This document shows, piece by piece, positions 48,746 to 60,005 of a stretch of 64,000 nt of DNA (position 1 is the first letter of the stretch; every line of letters starts with the position of its first letter). The position numbers and the translations under genes are program-made. The notes beneath the pieces were generated by a model. The model saw only the letters and a list, made by a program, of their open reading frames with translations. It was not told where the DNA came from and ran no database searches. Location of the stretch: contig CDMY01001000.1 of NCBI GenBank assembly GCA_001179505.1, forward strand, positions 62,001 to 126,000, in the 5' to 3' direction. The stretch comes from Vitrella brassicaformis CCMP3155 (Eukaryota > Protista > Chromerida).

Positions 48746-51074
48746 ATGATGGTGATGCTGCTGGTGCTTCTCTCAGTCAGCCTCATCTCGTGCAGGGCGC
48801 TATCAGCAAAAGGAGATGCGTTCGTCAGTCTGAACAGGCCGATTCTGTCAACAAATGAAGCTGATGCCGATGCAAGAGGCAGCAGGCGGCATCGTCAGCG
48901 CTGGTCTCATCTTTCTGCATCCCCGCCCGTCGACGGGCCGCCGGATGCGGACGACAAGCCGCCGCCCGACAGCAGCCGCGATGGCAGGTCATTCGATGAG
49001 TACATGAAGCGGAAAGAAGAGAAGGTCGACCCGAGTGAGAGGTTCCTGCGGGAGCGGTTCAAGATACCCGCAGATGTGTCTATTGACGACTGGAAGGCGT
49101 ATTACTTCCAGGTGAGACGATGGGACTCACACAACACGTTGACACACAAACGTGATGGCTGTTCTCTCTCTGTCATGTGTGCAGAATCAGCGTCTGACTG
49201 GGTATTGGCAGGAGACCCAGAAGTCCCAGCTCGAGAAGCTTGTCGACCGCTACGCCACACGACGCAACGCCATCCTCGGCGCCACAGCGGCCTCGCTCGG
49301 CCTCGTCGGCTACGGCGCAGCAAGGCGGTGGCCACTGACCGGCCGGTTCCTCTCTCCTGCCGCATGGACCCGCCCACTCGACTCGCGCACTCAGCGTCGA
49401 TACTTCACTGAGAGCGACATCGACAAAGTGGTCAGCACTGCCGTGGCAAGTGGCTTCAGTGGCTTGCCGGCGCTCCCCCCCTCCCTCATCTATGAGTCCG
49501 AGCAGCTCAAGTGGCTGAGAGGAAAGCCAGCGATGCTCAGACGGGCTGCCGAGGACGCGAAGCGGGTGTTGGTGTTTCACTTCTTCCGGCCCTCGTGTGT
49601 CGACTGCATTGGCTCCTTTGGGGTGGTCAGCAGCCTGGCGGAGCGGCTCGGCGATGACGTCCATGTCGTGACGATCGTGTCGCCTAAATTCAGCGGTGAG
49701 CAAAACCCGCAGGCAGCCAAGGCGTCCCTGTTGAAGGCGCAAGCGGCCATCGGCACGCGAGAGACCGACCCGTCGAGGCATTCGGTGGTGTTTGACGGCG
49801 ACCTGTCACTCTGGAAACACATTGGTGTCGACACATGGCCGACAGTCGCCATTGCCAACGCAGAGGGGGCGATCGTGGCTGTTAACGCCGGCGAGCGGGC
49901 GGGGGCCACCCAGTTCGTCTCAATGTGTACGGAGAGGCTCATCGATGCCATTCGAGGCAAGAAGACCGACAGACGGCGGGAATTCGCGCCCATCTTCGGC
50001 GTCAACGGCCTCTCTTCCCCGCCAGTCAGCCTGCCATCCACCAACCAGCCGCTGTTCTTCCCCATGGGCGTTGCTGTCGACACCAAGAGCAACCGCCTCT
50101 TTATCGCCGACTCCGGTCACCATCGCGTCATTGTCACTGACCTGGATGGCCAGTTCATCAGGTCGATCGATGGCTTCCACTCTCCCACTGGCCTGGCCTA
50201 CGATCGGCTGAGGAACGCCCTCTGGGTTGCCGACACGGGCAATGGGTGTCTGCAGCTGATCGACCTCGCCGCTGACAACAGCAAACCACGGATCATTCTG
50301 CCAGAGAAAAAGCCCGACGAGCGGAGCAACAGCAAGCCGAATCTGGCGAATCTGTTTGATCCAGGAGCTGTTGTGGAGGACCTACAGGCCACTCTGTCGG
50401 CCAACGTGGCTGCGGCGGGGGAGAAGGTCTCGCGCACCAAACTCATCGGGCAGAATCGGCAGTTCCGTGCACCGATGGGCGTCACGACCCTCGACAACTT
50501 CGTGTACGTGACTGCGAGCGGCTCCAACCAGATATGGAAGGTCGACCCGTCCACGGAGAGCCTTTACCCTGCATTCGGTGGGGGCAAGAAGGGCCGGGAG
50601 GACATCTGGCGGGGAGGGGAGGAGGAGTACCACCTGAGCGACAAGGTGCGCTTCGCCCAGCCGGTGGGGATCGCCGGCACAGTGGGCGGCGAGCTCTATG
50701 CCGTCGACAGCGAGTCCTCGTCAATCCGCCGCGTCACGCTGCTCGACAACTCCGTCTCGACGGCATTCGGCGGGGACCCGCTGTTCCGATCTGACCTGTC
50801 GTATTTCGGTGACAGCACCGGCCTCTTCGGCGACTTCCAGGGGCCCTCCTTCCTCTGCAAAATCGACACACGGCAGTTTTATCTCGCCGACACGCTCAAC
50901 CACCGCATCAAGAAAGTCTCCGCCAACTTCCCCTCTGTGGGCGTGTCGCTGGTGGCCGGGAGCGGCGAGAGGGGCTATGCGGATGGGCCGTTGAGAGAGG
51001 CCATGTTCGACGAGCCAAGTGGCGTGGCGTGCGACCTGACGACGCAGCGTGTGTGGGTGTGCGACAGCAACAAC
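48746..51074 (+). CDS. SOQ1-like / NHLRC2-like thioredoxin-like + NHL beta-propeller protein with plastid-type presequence; 3' end in N gap
   Basis: Signal peptide MMVMLLVLLSVSLISCRA..AF. TRRNAILG plus a TM helix. Thioredoxin-like VLVFHFFRPSCVDC..VSPKFSGEQN..VDTWPT. NHL repeats LFFPMGVAVD..LFIADSGHHRV, FAQPVGIA, and FDEPSGVA..VWVCDSNN. Confidence 0.8.
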
Positions 51075-51685
51075 NNNNNNNNNNNNNNNNNNNNNNNNNN
51101 NNNNNNNNNNNNNNNNNNNNNNNNNNNNNNNNNNNNNNNNNNNNNNNNNNNNNNNNNNNNNNNNNNNNNNNNNNNNNNNNNNNNNNNNNNNNNNNNNNNN
51201 NNNNNNNNNNNNNNNNNNNNNNNNNNNNNNNNNNNNNNNNNNNNNNNNNNNNNNNNNNNNNNNNNNNNNNNNNNNNNNNNNNNNNNNNNNNNNNNNNNNN
51301 NNNNNNNNNNNNNNNNNNNNNNNNNNNNNNNNNNNNNNNNNNNNNNNNNNNNNNNNNNNNNNNNNNNNNNNNNNCAGTCAGCAGGCAGCATATCATCAAG
51401 AAGAGAAGAGCACACACACACACACACGAAGCACGTGCAGTGTGTAGCCACCCAATGAATTCCACGTCTGTCTGTGTGCGTGCATCGTGTGCGCCATCCG
51501 TGATGCACGCACACACCACACCACATGTGTGTGTGCCATCATCGCCCGCCTGCACACGCGCAGCGCACCCTCGCACACACATTCCCTCTCTGCGCGTGGA
51601 CCCCTGTGGACATGAGCCGTCCTGTGTATGAGTGTGTCTATCTGTCTGCCACGCACTGCTGCAGACGCGCATTCACCAAATTCGC

Positions 51686-51709
51686 AAACCCTACGCGTAA
51701 TTAGGGTTT
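51686..51709. promoter_or_regulatory. Inverted pair of telo-box motifs (AAACCCTA n8 TAGGGTTT)
   Basis: aaacccta-cgcgtaat-tagggttt in an intergenic stretch. Function is inferred only from similarity to plant telo-boxes. Confidence 0.25.
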
Positions 51710-52557
51710 AAATGGGCACGTCAGCCGCCGCCCCGCCCCCCTGCAATGGGAAAAAGCCTCTGGCGCAGCGATCGGCAAAATGCGAGCTTAGACTGCGAGA
51801 AGGGAAGATGCACACGCACCAAACGGACAGATCAGCAGCAGAGAGGCTCACAGGAAGACCACACACACAGCCAGGAGCAGCCAGAAGATCTTGAATAAGC
51901 TGGCATCTCTCTCTCTGTGTGTGTCCTTGTGTGTCAGAGATGGCCGTGTTGGTTGCGCCAAGACCCCGAGGCTCATTCGGGTGTCAGAGGACTGCTGTCG
52001 ATGAGGGCTTTGCTATGCGCGGATTGATTGGCCGCTGCTCACGGTAGCTCGGTGCGTTTGCCAATCGTTGTGTGTAGGAGGTTCTGCCGCATGTGCAGCG
52101 CAGCCACGAGTGCGTCTACGGGAGATTTCTGCGGCAATAGATTGACCAGGGCATCCAGCCAGGTACGCACAGCTGTCGAGCGGTGCTCTCTGAGGTACTT
52201 CTGACTGACCCCCTCTCTCCCCTCTGTGTGTGAGTGTCATCTCTGCAGGCCCGTCTTTCGCTCTGTGGGTGCGGCCCGGCCCATCCAGCACATGGATCAG
52301 GTGCACCCTTGAGTGGGTGACACACGTGCCAAGAGAGAGGGGCAGGTCAGCAAAACTGACGACGCTACACAACCAAACAAAAATGTCACCATTTTGCCAC
52401 TTTTGACCGTAGGATGACCCTTGTCGGCCACCTGTAGGCCCACATACGACTGACAGACAAGAAGTAAGACCACTCCTGGTTAGTGCGAAATCCATCAAAA
52501 TGACCTTTTTAGAACCGACCTTTTTTCTGTGTGTGTGTGTTGTGTGTGTGTGTGGGC

Positions 52558-53259
52558 AATCAATGGCAGTTCCGCGCTCCGATGGGCGTCACGACCCTCG
52601 ACAACTTCGTGTACGTGACTGCGAGCGGCTCCAACCAGATCTGGAAGGTCGATCCGTCCACGGAGAGCCTTTACCCCGCATTTGGTGGGGGCAAGAAGGG
52701 CCGGGAGGACATCTGGCGGGGAGGGGAGGAGGAGTACCATCTGAGCGACAAGGTGCGCTTCGCCCAGCCGGTGGGGATCGCCGGCACAGTGGGCGGCGAG
52801 CTCTATGCCGTCGACAGCGAGTCCTCGTCAATCCGCCGCGTCACGCTGCTCGACAACTCTGTCTCGACGGCATTCGGCGGGGACCCGCTGTTCCGATCTG
52901 ACCTGTCGTATCTCGGTGACAGCACCGGCCTCTTCGGCGACTTCCAGGGGCCCTCCTTCCTCAGCAAGATCGACACACGGCAGTTCTATCTCGCCGACAC
53001 GCTCAACCACCGCATCAAGAAAGTCTCCGCCAACTTCCCCTCTGTGGGCGTGTCGCTGGTGGCCGGGAGCGGCGAGAGGGGCTACGCGGATGGGCCGTTG
53101 AGAGAGGCCATGTTCGACGAGCCAAGTGGCGTGGCGTGCGACCTGACGACGCAGCGTGTGTGGGTGTGCGACAGCAACAACCATGCCCTGCGGGTCATCG
53201 ACCTCCGGGACAAGACTGTGCGGACACTGACACTCAAGAACGTGCCAGAGGCCACGTAA
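52558..53259 (+). CDS. Near-identical second copy of the 3' NHL part of the SOQ1-like gene, including the true C-terminus (partial duplication or allelic haplotig)
   Basis: 52558-53180 matches 50458-51074 with few substitutions. It ends NHALRVIDLRDKTVRTLTLKNVPEAT*. The flank 53620-53770 matches 51375-51520. Confidence 0.6.
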   Translation, partial: NQWQFRAPMGVTTLDNFVYVTASGSNQIWKVDPSTESLYPAFGGGKKGREDIWRGGEEEYHLSDKVRFAQPVGIAGTVGGELYAVDSESSSIRRVTLLDNSVSTAFGGDPLFRSDLSYLGDSTGLFGDFQGPSFLSKIDTRQFYLADTLNHRIKKVSANFPSVGVSLVAGSGERGYADGPLREAMFDEPSGVACDLTTQRVWVCDSNNHALRVIDLRDKTVRTLTLKNVPEAT

Positions 53260-54223
53260 ATTGTTCTCTGTGTCATGTGTGTGTTATGTGTGTGTGTGTT
53301 GAGAGGATTTTGCGTTTTTGTCGGGTCGCTGTTTGATGTGTATAGGGGAGGGGAGGGGATGATTTTTGGCTGGCTGGCTGGCTGACAGGCTAATGGATGG
53401 ATGGATGCATGTGTGTGCGACACGTAGGTGTAGGTGGGCAGACAGACAGAGATGAGAGACTGAGAGAGTTCTGAGAGGGGCAATGCCCCGGCTAATCGAT
53501 GGATGATGCGTGTGGTGGTGGGTGACCTCGCCATGCAGGCCTGACTGAATTGAATCACCCTTACTGACTGCGATGTGAGTGAGGCGGATTGAGAGAGATA
53601 TTCACACAAGCACTAAATCAGTCAGCAGGCAGCATATCATCAAGAAGAGAAGAGCACACACACACACACACACACACACAAAGCATGTGCAGTGTGTAGC
53701 CACACAATGAATTCCACGTCTGTGTGCGTGCATCGTGTGCGCCATCCGTCCGTGATGCACGCACACACAACACGAGTCAGTCGGTGTCGGAAATGTCGAT
53801 GTATTCACACGCACGTCAGCGCCACATAAGCCAAGAAAACAAGCCGGCCGATGAAAAGACATGGTCGCTTGAAACTATGTGCGGCCCTCTCCATGTCAGT
53901 TCAAGAGCGCAGGGAGGCATGTCATTCCATGGGCATGTCGGCTACCATCACCTTTCCAACCATTTCGCGCCAGACCACACCCCAGCTGTCTGTCTGTCTG
54001 TCTGTCTGGTCACCCGCCCAATTGACAAAGACGTCACCCAGCCCACCGCGCCGACGCACACACAACAGGAAAACGCTCTCGACGATCCCATTCAGCCATC
54101 CAAAACACAGGTCGAGCCGAAGCATACATTCAGCCAGGCGACGAGGGAAAAGCCCCCGGCCACACACATGAATGAGTGTGTGACACACAGCCGCCCCCAC
54201 GTATGTGTTTATTGCACTCTCTA

Positions 54224-55289
54224 CTACACTATGCGGATCAAACGCAGCTGGCGGTAACGCGTCGTCCGGTAACGGGGGCCATCAGATTCGATTGGCAGTA
54301 TGATCTGCCTGACTTCCCCCTCGCGCATCGGCAGCATCGCCTCACGGAACAACGCACCCCGATCAGACACACGAATCACCAGCCCACGGCGATCGCATGC
54401 TTTGTCCCGGCCGTCGAACGCATCATACCACCCGATGTAGTCGTACTCGACGGTGTCGTTGAGTGTTGGCGCTCTGCCGGTGCCGGGCGTGACGATGCGA
54501 TACCGAAGACCAGATGGCATCACAGTGAAGCCGTCAGCATCAACAGGCAGCGCCTCAACACCGCTGCCGATAGCCACACTGACACACAAACATAGAATGC
54601 ACCAGTCTTTATGGTCGGTTTGCTCGCCGTGCGTACGTGTGGGTGTTTGCCATCCGCCCGGCCGTCGGCCGCTGGGGAATCCCACGCAGCCTTTATGCAG
54701 CCAGCCAGCAGACAACAGAGAGAGATGGCATATCGCTGTCGGCAATGCCTTGGTTTGATTGGTTACCTGGGGTCCTGCTCATTGCCCCCTGCCGTGTACA
54801 GCGGTATGAGGCTGTCGACCGTCACGCCCGCCTTACACACCGGACAGTCCCTTTTGCCGCGACCGACCAGCCAGCCGTGCAGACACGCCCAGCAATACTG
54901 CATGGCACACCAACACACAACACACACGCACACACACCCGATGTGGGCCTCGTGCAGGCAGCTTTTGTGTCTTGCGCCTCGTGCATCGTGGCTCCTTTGC
55001 TGTGGGTGCATGTTCTCACGAGGTGTCCGCATCGCGTGACGACGGGCTCCGTGGCCTGCTCGAGGCAGATCCGGCAGGCGAAAGGCGACGTATCGGGTGT
55101 GCCGCCGCCATTCGATGTCGCGGTGGGAAGCGGAGCCACTGGAAGCGGAGCCGACGAATACAAACCCATACACAGAGCTAAAATGGAAACGACGCTAACT
55201 TCGTCTGGGGTGGTCAGAAAGCCAAGCGTTGGCGTCGTTGCACTACGGTGGCTTCGCGATCCAAGCTCGCGTCGTGAGGAAGTGTTCAT
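54224..55289 (-). CDS. RNF5/RMA1-type C3HC4 RING fused to an FKBP-like cassette in place of the usual membrane anchor
   Basis: [67 protein letters not shown]..H ac|gtacgc ... gtcag|t gtg gct atc (phase 2). Cassette exon 54578-54224. Confidence 0.75.
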
Positions 55290-55561
55290 TCATCGCACGA
55301 GGCATCTCTTGCATCCATCTGACTTGCCCTTCTTCCTACAAGCATCTCGTAGCTTCAGTTGATCACGTGGAGGCCTGAAAGAGGAGCTTGGCCCGGGTGT
55401 GGCCAGGGGGACCAATGCTGGCCCGCGGTTTCTCCGTTTCTCAACGCCGTTCACTCTCGCCCGTGAAGGCGAAAGGTGGACAGCAATGGTCGTCCGATCA
55501 CTCTCGGCCCTTCTTCGACAAACGCACACTTGCCTTCGCCCCTCCTCGGCTCCGTGTGTCT

Positions 55562-56497
55562 ATGAAGCATCTCATCGCCTGTTTGCTCGTCTGCGTTGCT
55601 GGCGTGTCCCTTGCCATCTGTAACCACCACCAGCAGCAGCATCGGTCTGATACGTCCAGCTCAGACACCGCCCGAATGCTACGTGCGCGCGCGAATGCCC
55701 GCGCCGGCAGCTCTCGGTACGGACACAAACTGGTGAATGTGGGCAACCCGAGGCTGTTCAACGTCGGCCAACCGGCACTCGTGTGTGCGGGAGACCCCAG
55801 GTAAGGGGGACAGCACTATGTCTGCTGTTCTCCCTCTCTCTATTGTGTGTGCGTTCTTGGATGGTTGGCTGTCTGTCTGTCTGTCAGTCTGGTGCGTGTG
55901 GGGTCCCCGTGTTTGATCTCTGCGGGCAACCCGTCGGTGGTGTCGGCCGGCAACCCCTCGGTGGTGTCTGCTGGCAACCCTTCCGTCGCACAAGCCGGAA
56001 ACGTACGCACACCAGCCAGAGCACACAATGAAGAGCCGGGCATGCATTCATATCATGTGTATGGCGTGTCGTCTTGTGGGTCACTTTGTGCAGCCGTCGG
56101 TCGTGTCGGCGGGCAACCCGTCTGTGGCCTCTGCTGGCAACGTACGCACACAATGAAGCAAGGAAGCAGTGCATGCAGATGAAACTTAGACGTGGAGGCA
56201 TGTCTGTCTTTGTGTGTGTTGTGCAGCCGGCGGTCGTGTCCGCAGGCAATCCGTCTGTCGCTGAGGCGGGCAATGTGAGTGCATTGCAATAGACCACACG
56301 ACACCGACCAGAACGGACAAGTTTGTGCATCCCTCTCTCTCTCTCTCTCTCTGTCTGTGTGTCTGTGTGTCTGTGTGTCTGTGTGTGTGTGTGTGTATGC
56401 TGTGCAGCCGGCGGTTGTGTATGCGGGAAATCCGTCAGTGGTCGGGACGGACAACGGCTACTGGTACAATGGCTACTATTACCCATACTACCCATGA
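55562..56497 (+). CDS. Small secreted protein of 8-residue AGNPSVVS-type repeats encoded on 48-nt microexons, Tyr-rich tail
   Basis: Signal peptide MKHLIACLLVCVAGVSLA. Repeats VGNPRLFN VGQPALVC AGDPSLVR VGSPCLIS AGNPSVVS.. Microexons at ~56093-56140 and ~56227-56274. Ends GYWYNGYYYPYYP*. Confidence 0.7.
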
Positions 56498-56936
56498 GGC
56501 CCTCTCTTCTGCCTTGCCAAGGCCTCTCGTTGATACATACCACTGTGTGTATAGAGCGTACGCATTTTGTGTGCCTTTCTTTGGGTGTTTTTGTCTTCCT
56601 TGTTGGTGTGAGCTTACTAGTTTTTCCAGAGTGACGTTTGTTCAAGAGGACACGAATACGTGTGAACGCCCCATGCAATGCTGTAATGTACAAGTGCAGA
56701 ACGCAATCAGCTAATAAAGGAAACGAACACCACGGACCGATAAAACGACACAACGAGGAGAAATATGCCATAAACGACATACTGAATAGTGAGCCATTTT
56801 TCCTTTATGTCGGCCCAGCTCCCATAAACAACCTAAAACTGACCTCACCACAACAAATCCCTCTCACATCTCTCTCTCGGCTACTGTACACAAAGACAGA
56901 CGCCTCCAATGCCCTCTGTCCAATCGGCCTGCCTTC

Positions 56937-59798
56937 CTAGTCCACAACGACCAGCCCGTCGTATCTCTTGTCCATGAGTGTGCTCAGCATCACCCCCTTC
57001 GGCGTGAAGTCCTCCAGCCGCCCATCCAGGAAGGCCGACAGCAGGTGGCCCGAGAAACCCGACAGCATCGCCACGTTCTCCTCGTCTGACACGGCCGGCT
57101 TGCTGCCGGACGCACGGAGGTTCCAGAAGACTATCTTGGGCATTGGGTAGCCAGCCAAGGCGTATTTCTGCTGAATGAGGTACAGGTCGGTAGCTCCTTT
57201 GAACTGAGGGCATGCTTGGTCGAACTCCCTGAGACCATGTCAATATTGGTGTGTCTGTGAGGTGCGCCTCAGTGCGTTCGTACATGTCGCTGAAGATGAA
57301 GAGCTGCTTGATCATATTCTCTGGCGGAACCTTCTTGTCAATCGCACGCTTCAGCAGCATGTCGAACACCAGCTGATGAGAGCAGAGACGCCACATTGAG
57401 AGAAGAGCGTCCACCCGTGTGTGTCCATCCCTCCATCTGTCTTACTTGCAGGTCGGTGTTCATCATCCAGTCCATGCGCATCACCGACTGCACCTTCTCC
57501 TTCAGCGTCACGTTCCCCTCGACCCAGTGGAAGGCAGGCGTCTGGCTGAATGTGATGAGGGCGTTACGCCAGGGCTCCTCGGATATCTCAGCGGTCAGCA
57601 GGCCGAGAGCGATGGCCACCTGGATGGGCGTCCCGTACATGGACCCGCTCACATCAACTATCGCTATCGAACTCGATCTGCATCAAGACATCCACAGACA
57701 CACACAGGGGGAGAGGGAAGGGAATCCATGTTCATTGAGCAGCTGCATGAACGTGGGTGCGAGGTGCTCACAGTCCCTGGCCGCCACCTTTCTTCTTGAG
57801 GTCGTCGACATAGCGCTTCCACTGCTGCTCGTTGGTGTTCTCCTCTGCGACGCTGCCGTACTCGTAATGGTTGAGGAACGGCGCGATCAGCTCATGCGGC
57901 CGCAGAGCACCGGCCGCGATGGTCTCAGTGCCAGTCTCAACTGCTCCCAGAAACCTGCGAGTGTGGACATAGACATACGTCGGCAAGACGAGAGAGGCTC
58001 TGGCTGCGTGTGTGTGCACTTACTCGTTGAATCGTTCCTCGTCACGTCTGCAGCACGCAGTCAAAGAAAATACACACATTTGTATGGAGACATGCATCTT
58101 CCCGTTTGTGTGTGTGTGTGTGCGTGTGTGTATGGATGCGTGCAAGCGCACTCACTTGTTGAATGTCTTCTTGTAGTTGCGCATAGCAATGGACGGCACC
58201 CGCGAGTAGGGGATCTCAGACCACGTCCTCGCACTCATGTAACACTCGCACACCTGACTCGCAGCACGTAGCGGCGTCAGGTACCGCTTCCGATAGTTGT
58301 CCATCACGTCAATCAGGGTCACATTTTCCCTCTCGCCTTCATCCACCAGTTGGAAGGCAATTGTCGTGGCCAGGCCTGAGACGCAGTCGTGAGATTGTCC
58401 GATCGACGGCGCCCATTTGCCGCACAGCGAGACGGAGCGGTTGTTGTTCATGGCCTCGACGTCTTTGCGCAGCTGGGCTGCGTAGAGGCTGGCCACTTCC
58501 TGTCGTAGCATGGTGGTCCATGAGTCGGTCAGTTTCTCGGTCAGGCGCTGGTGCCGCTCTGCTCGCTTCTTGTAGCGGGCTGAGAGAGAACGAGACGCGC
58601 GTGATGGATGGATGGATGGATCTATTCTTCCTATTTAGTCGTGCGTTGGCCTGCTCCAGCGCCTGATTGGCCGCGATCCTTGATCGATCCCACTCGCACC
58701 ACTGCCCCCAGCGATACTCAAACTCCTCAACGCTGCTCGTCGTCTCGTTGATCAGCGCCGTCGTCTCGTTCAGCATCTCTCTGCGGGCACGCTTGCGCTT
58801 CAATCGGCGGATATACGACCTGTACTTCGCCTCCTTTCGCTCGTAGAAGTTGGCGTTGTCGTGCTCGCGTCTGTCGCGGTATGGCTGGATGCCGGCGATG
58901 GCAATGGTGACGAGGTCCGCTGGTGCCTTCCAGGAGGAGTGGATAGGGATGTGCGGCAGATTGGCGAGCAGAGTCTGACGGAATATCGATGGACAGAGAA
59001 AGAGAGAAAGGCCAACAGACGGATGATGCATACACGTAAAGGGCAAATTTTTACCTTTGGATGGTTCTCCCACAGCCTGAGGACAGACACACAAAAGACT
59101 CAGCAATCAGTCAGTCATCCAATGTGGGCGGGCTGACCAGACAAGGGCCTCATAGAGATTGGGCCTGTCCGATTTGCCGTGTCTGGGGTCGCCGAGATGG
59201 AAGATGGCACGGAGGGTGGGTGTCGCGTTCGCCTGCCAGGCAGCCGCTAGCATCTCGCGCATGGTGTCGTGGTCAATCCCGGGCACACTGCAAACACAAC
59301 AGATTCAGATGCATGGTGCTGATCACCTCTTGCTCTTGTTCTTGTTTCCGACCACTCGAAGAAGAAGTCGAGCGTCGGATCGGATGTGCTGCTGTAGGTC
59401 CATCCTTCGTTCTCTGCATGACCAGGGACACCATTGGACACACCCGCCGCATCCATTCATCGAACGAACCGCTGACCTGTCGTGGTGATGAGTTCTGGGT
59501 GCTTGATGTTGGTCGGGGGCTGCACCAGCCAGTCAATCGACGGCTGCGCATCTTCCGTGTCGTAGCCGTACAGATCGTCAGCTAACGTGCCATACTGGGG
59601 GTGGTGGTTAGCATACTCGTACAGCTCAACGGCCGACGGCTCATCAGCTGTCTGAGCATGGCGATGCGTCCGAGCGCTGACGACAGATCTTCCCTTTCCG
59701 AGCGGCCGGAGAGATGGATGTCGAAAGCCAAAGGAAGAGGCTAGAAGGCACAACCACACCAGAAACGCCAGAGGCGGGCTGATCATGAGTGCATTCAT
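56937..59798 (-). CDS. DUF2828 (TROVE-like + vWA) protein with signal+transit-like presequence
   Basis: AENEGWTYSSTSDPTLDFFF; LCGKWAPS; YRKRYLTPLRAA..VCECYMSA..IPYSRVPSIAM; DVSGSMYGTPIQVAIALG; ITFSQTP; DW..NTDLQ; LFIFSDM; PKIVFWNL..VAMLSGFS. Confidence 0.8.
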
Positions 59799-60005
59799 CT
59801 CGCGCGTGTCGAGGTGTCGAGGGACGATGTGTTTTGTCGCCGGCAGAGATCTCTGGATCAGGGACCTTGATGACACCGGAATTGGATGACAAGAGCCACA
59901 AGGGACCGGGAAGGAAGAAGGCGGAGATCCGCATTCGAAATTTAAAGCTCGCAGGTGGGGGGCAGGGGGGCGTCTCGCCGTCCTCAAGTTGCACTCGGGC
60001 CGGCC

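Noticed and set aside
51686-51709. Telomere or interstitial telomeric array
   Set aside because: Only two single units in inverted orientation; at most a promoter motif.
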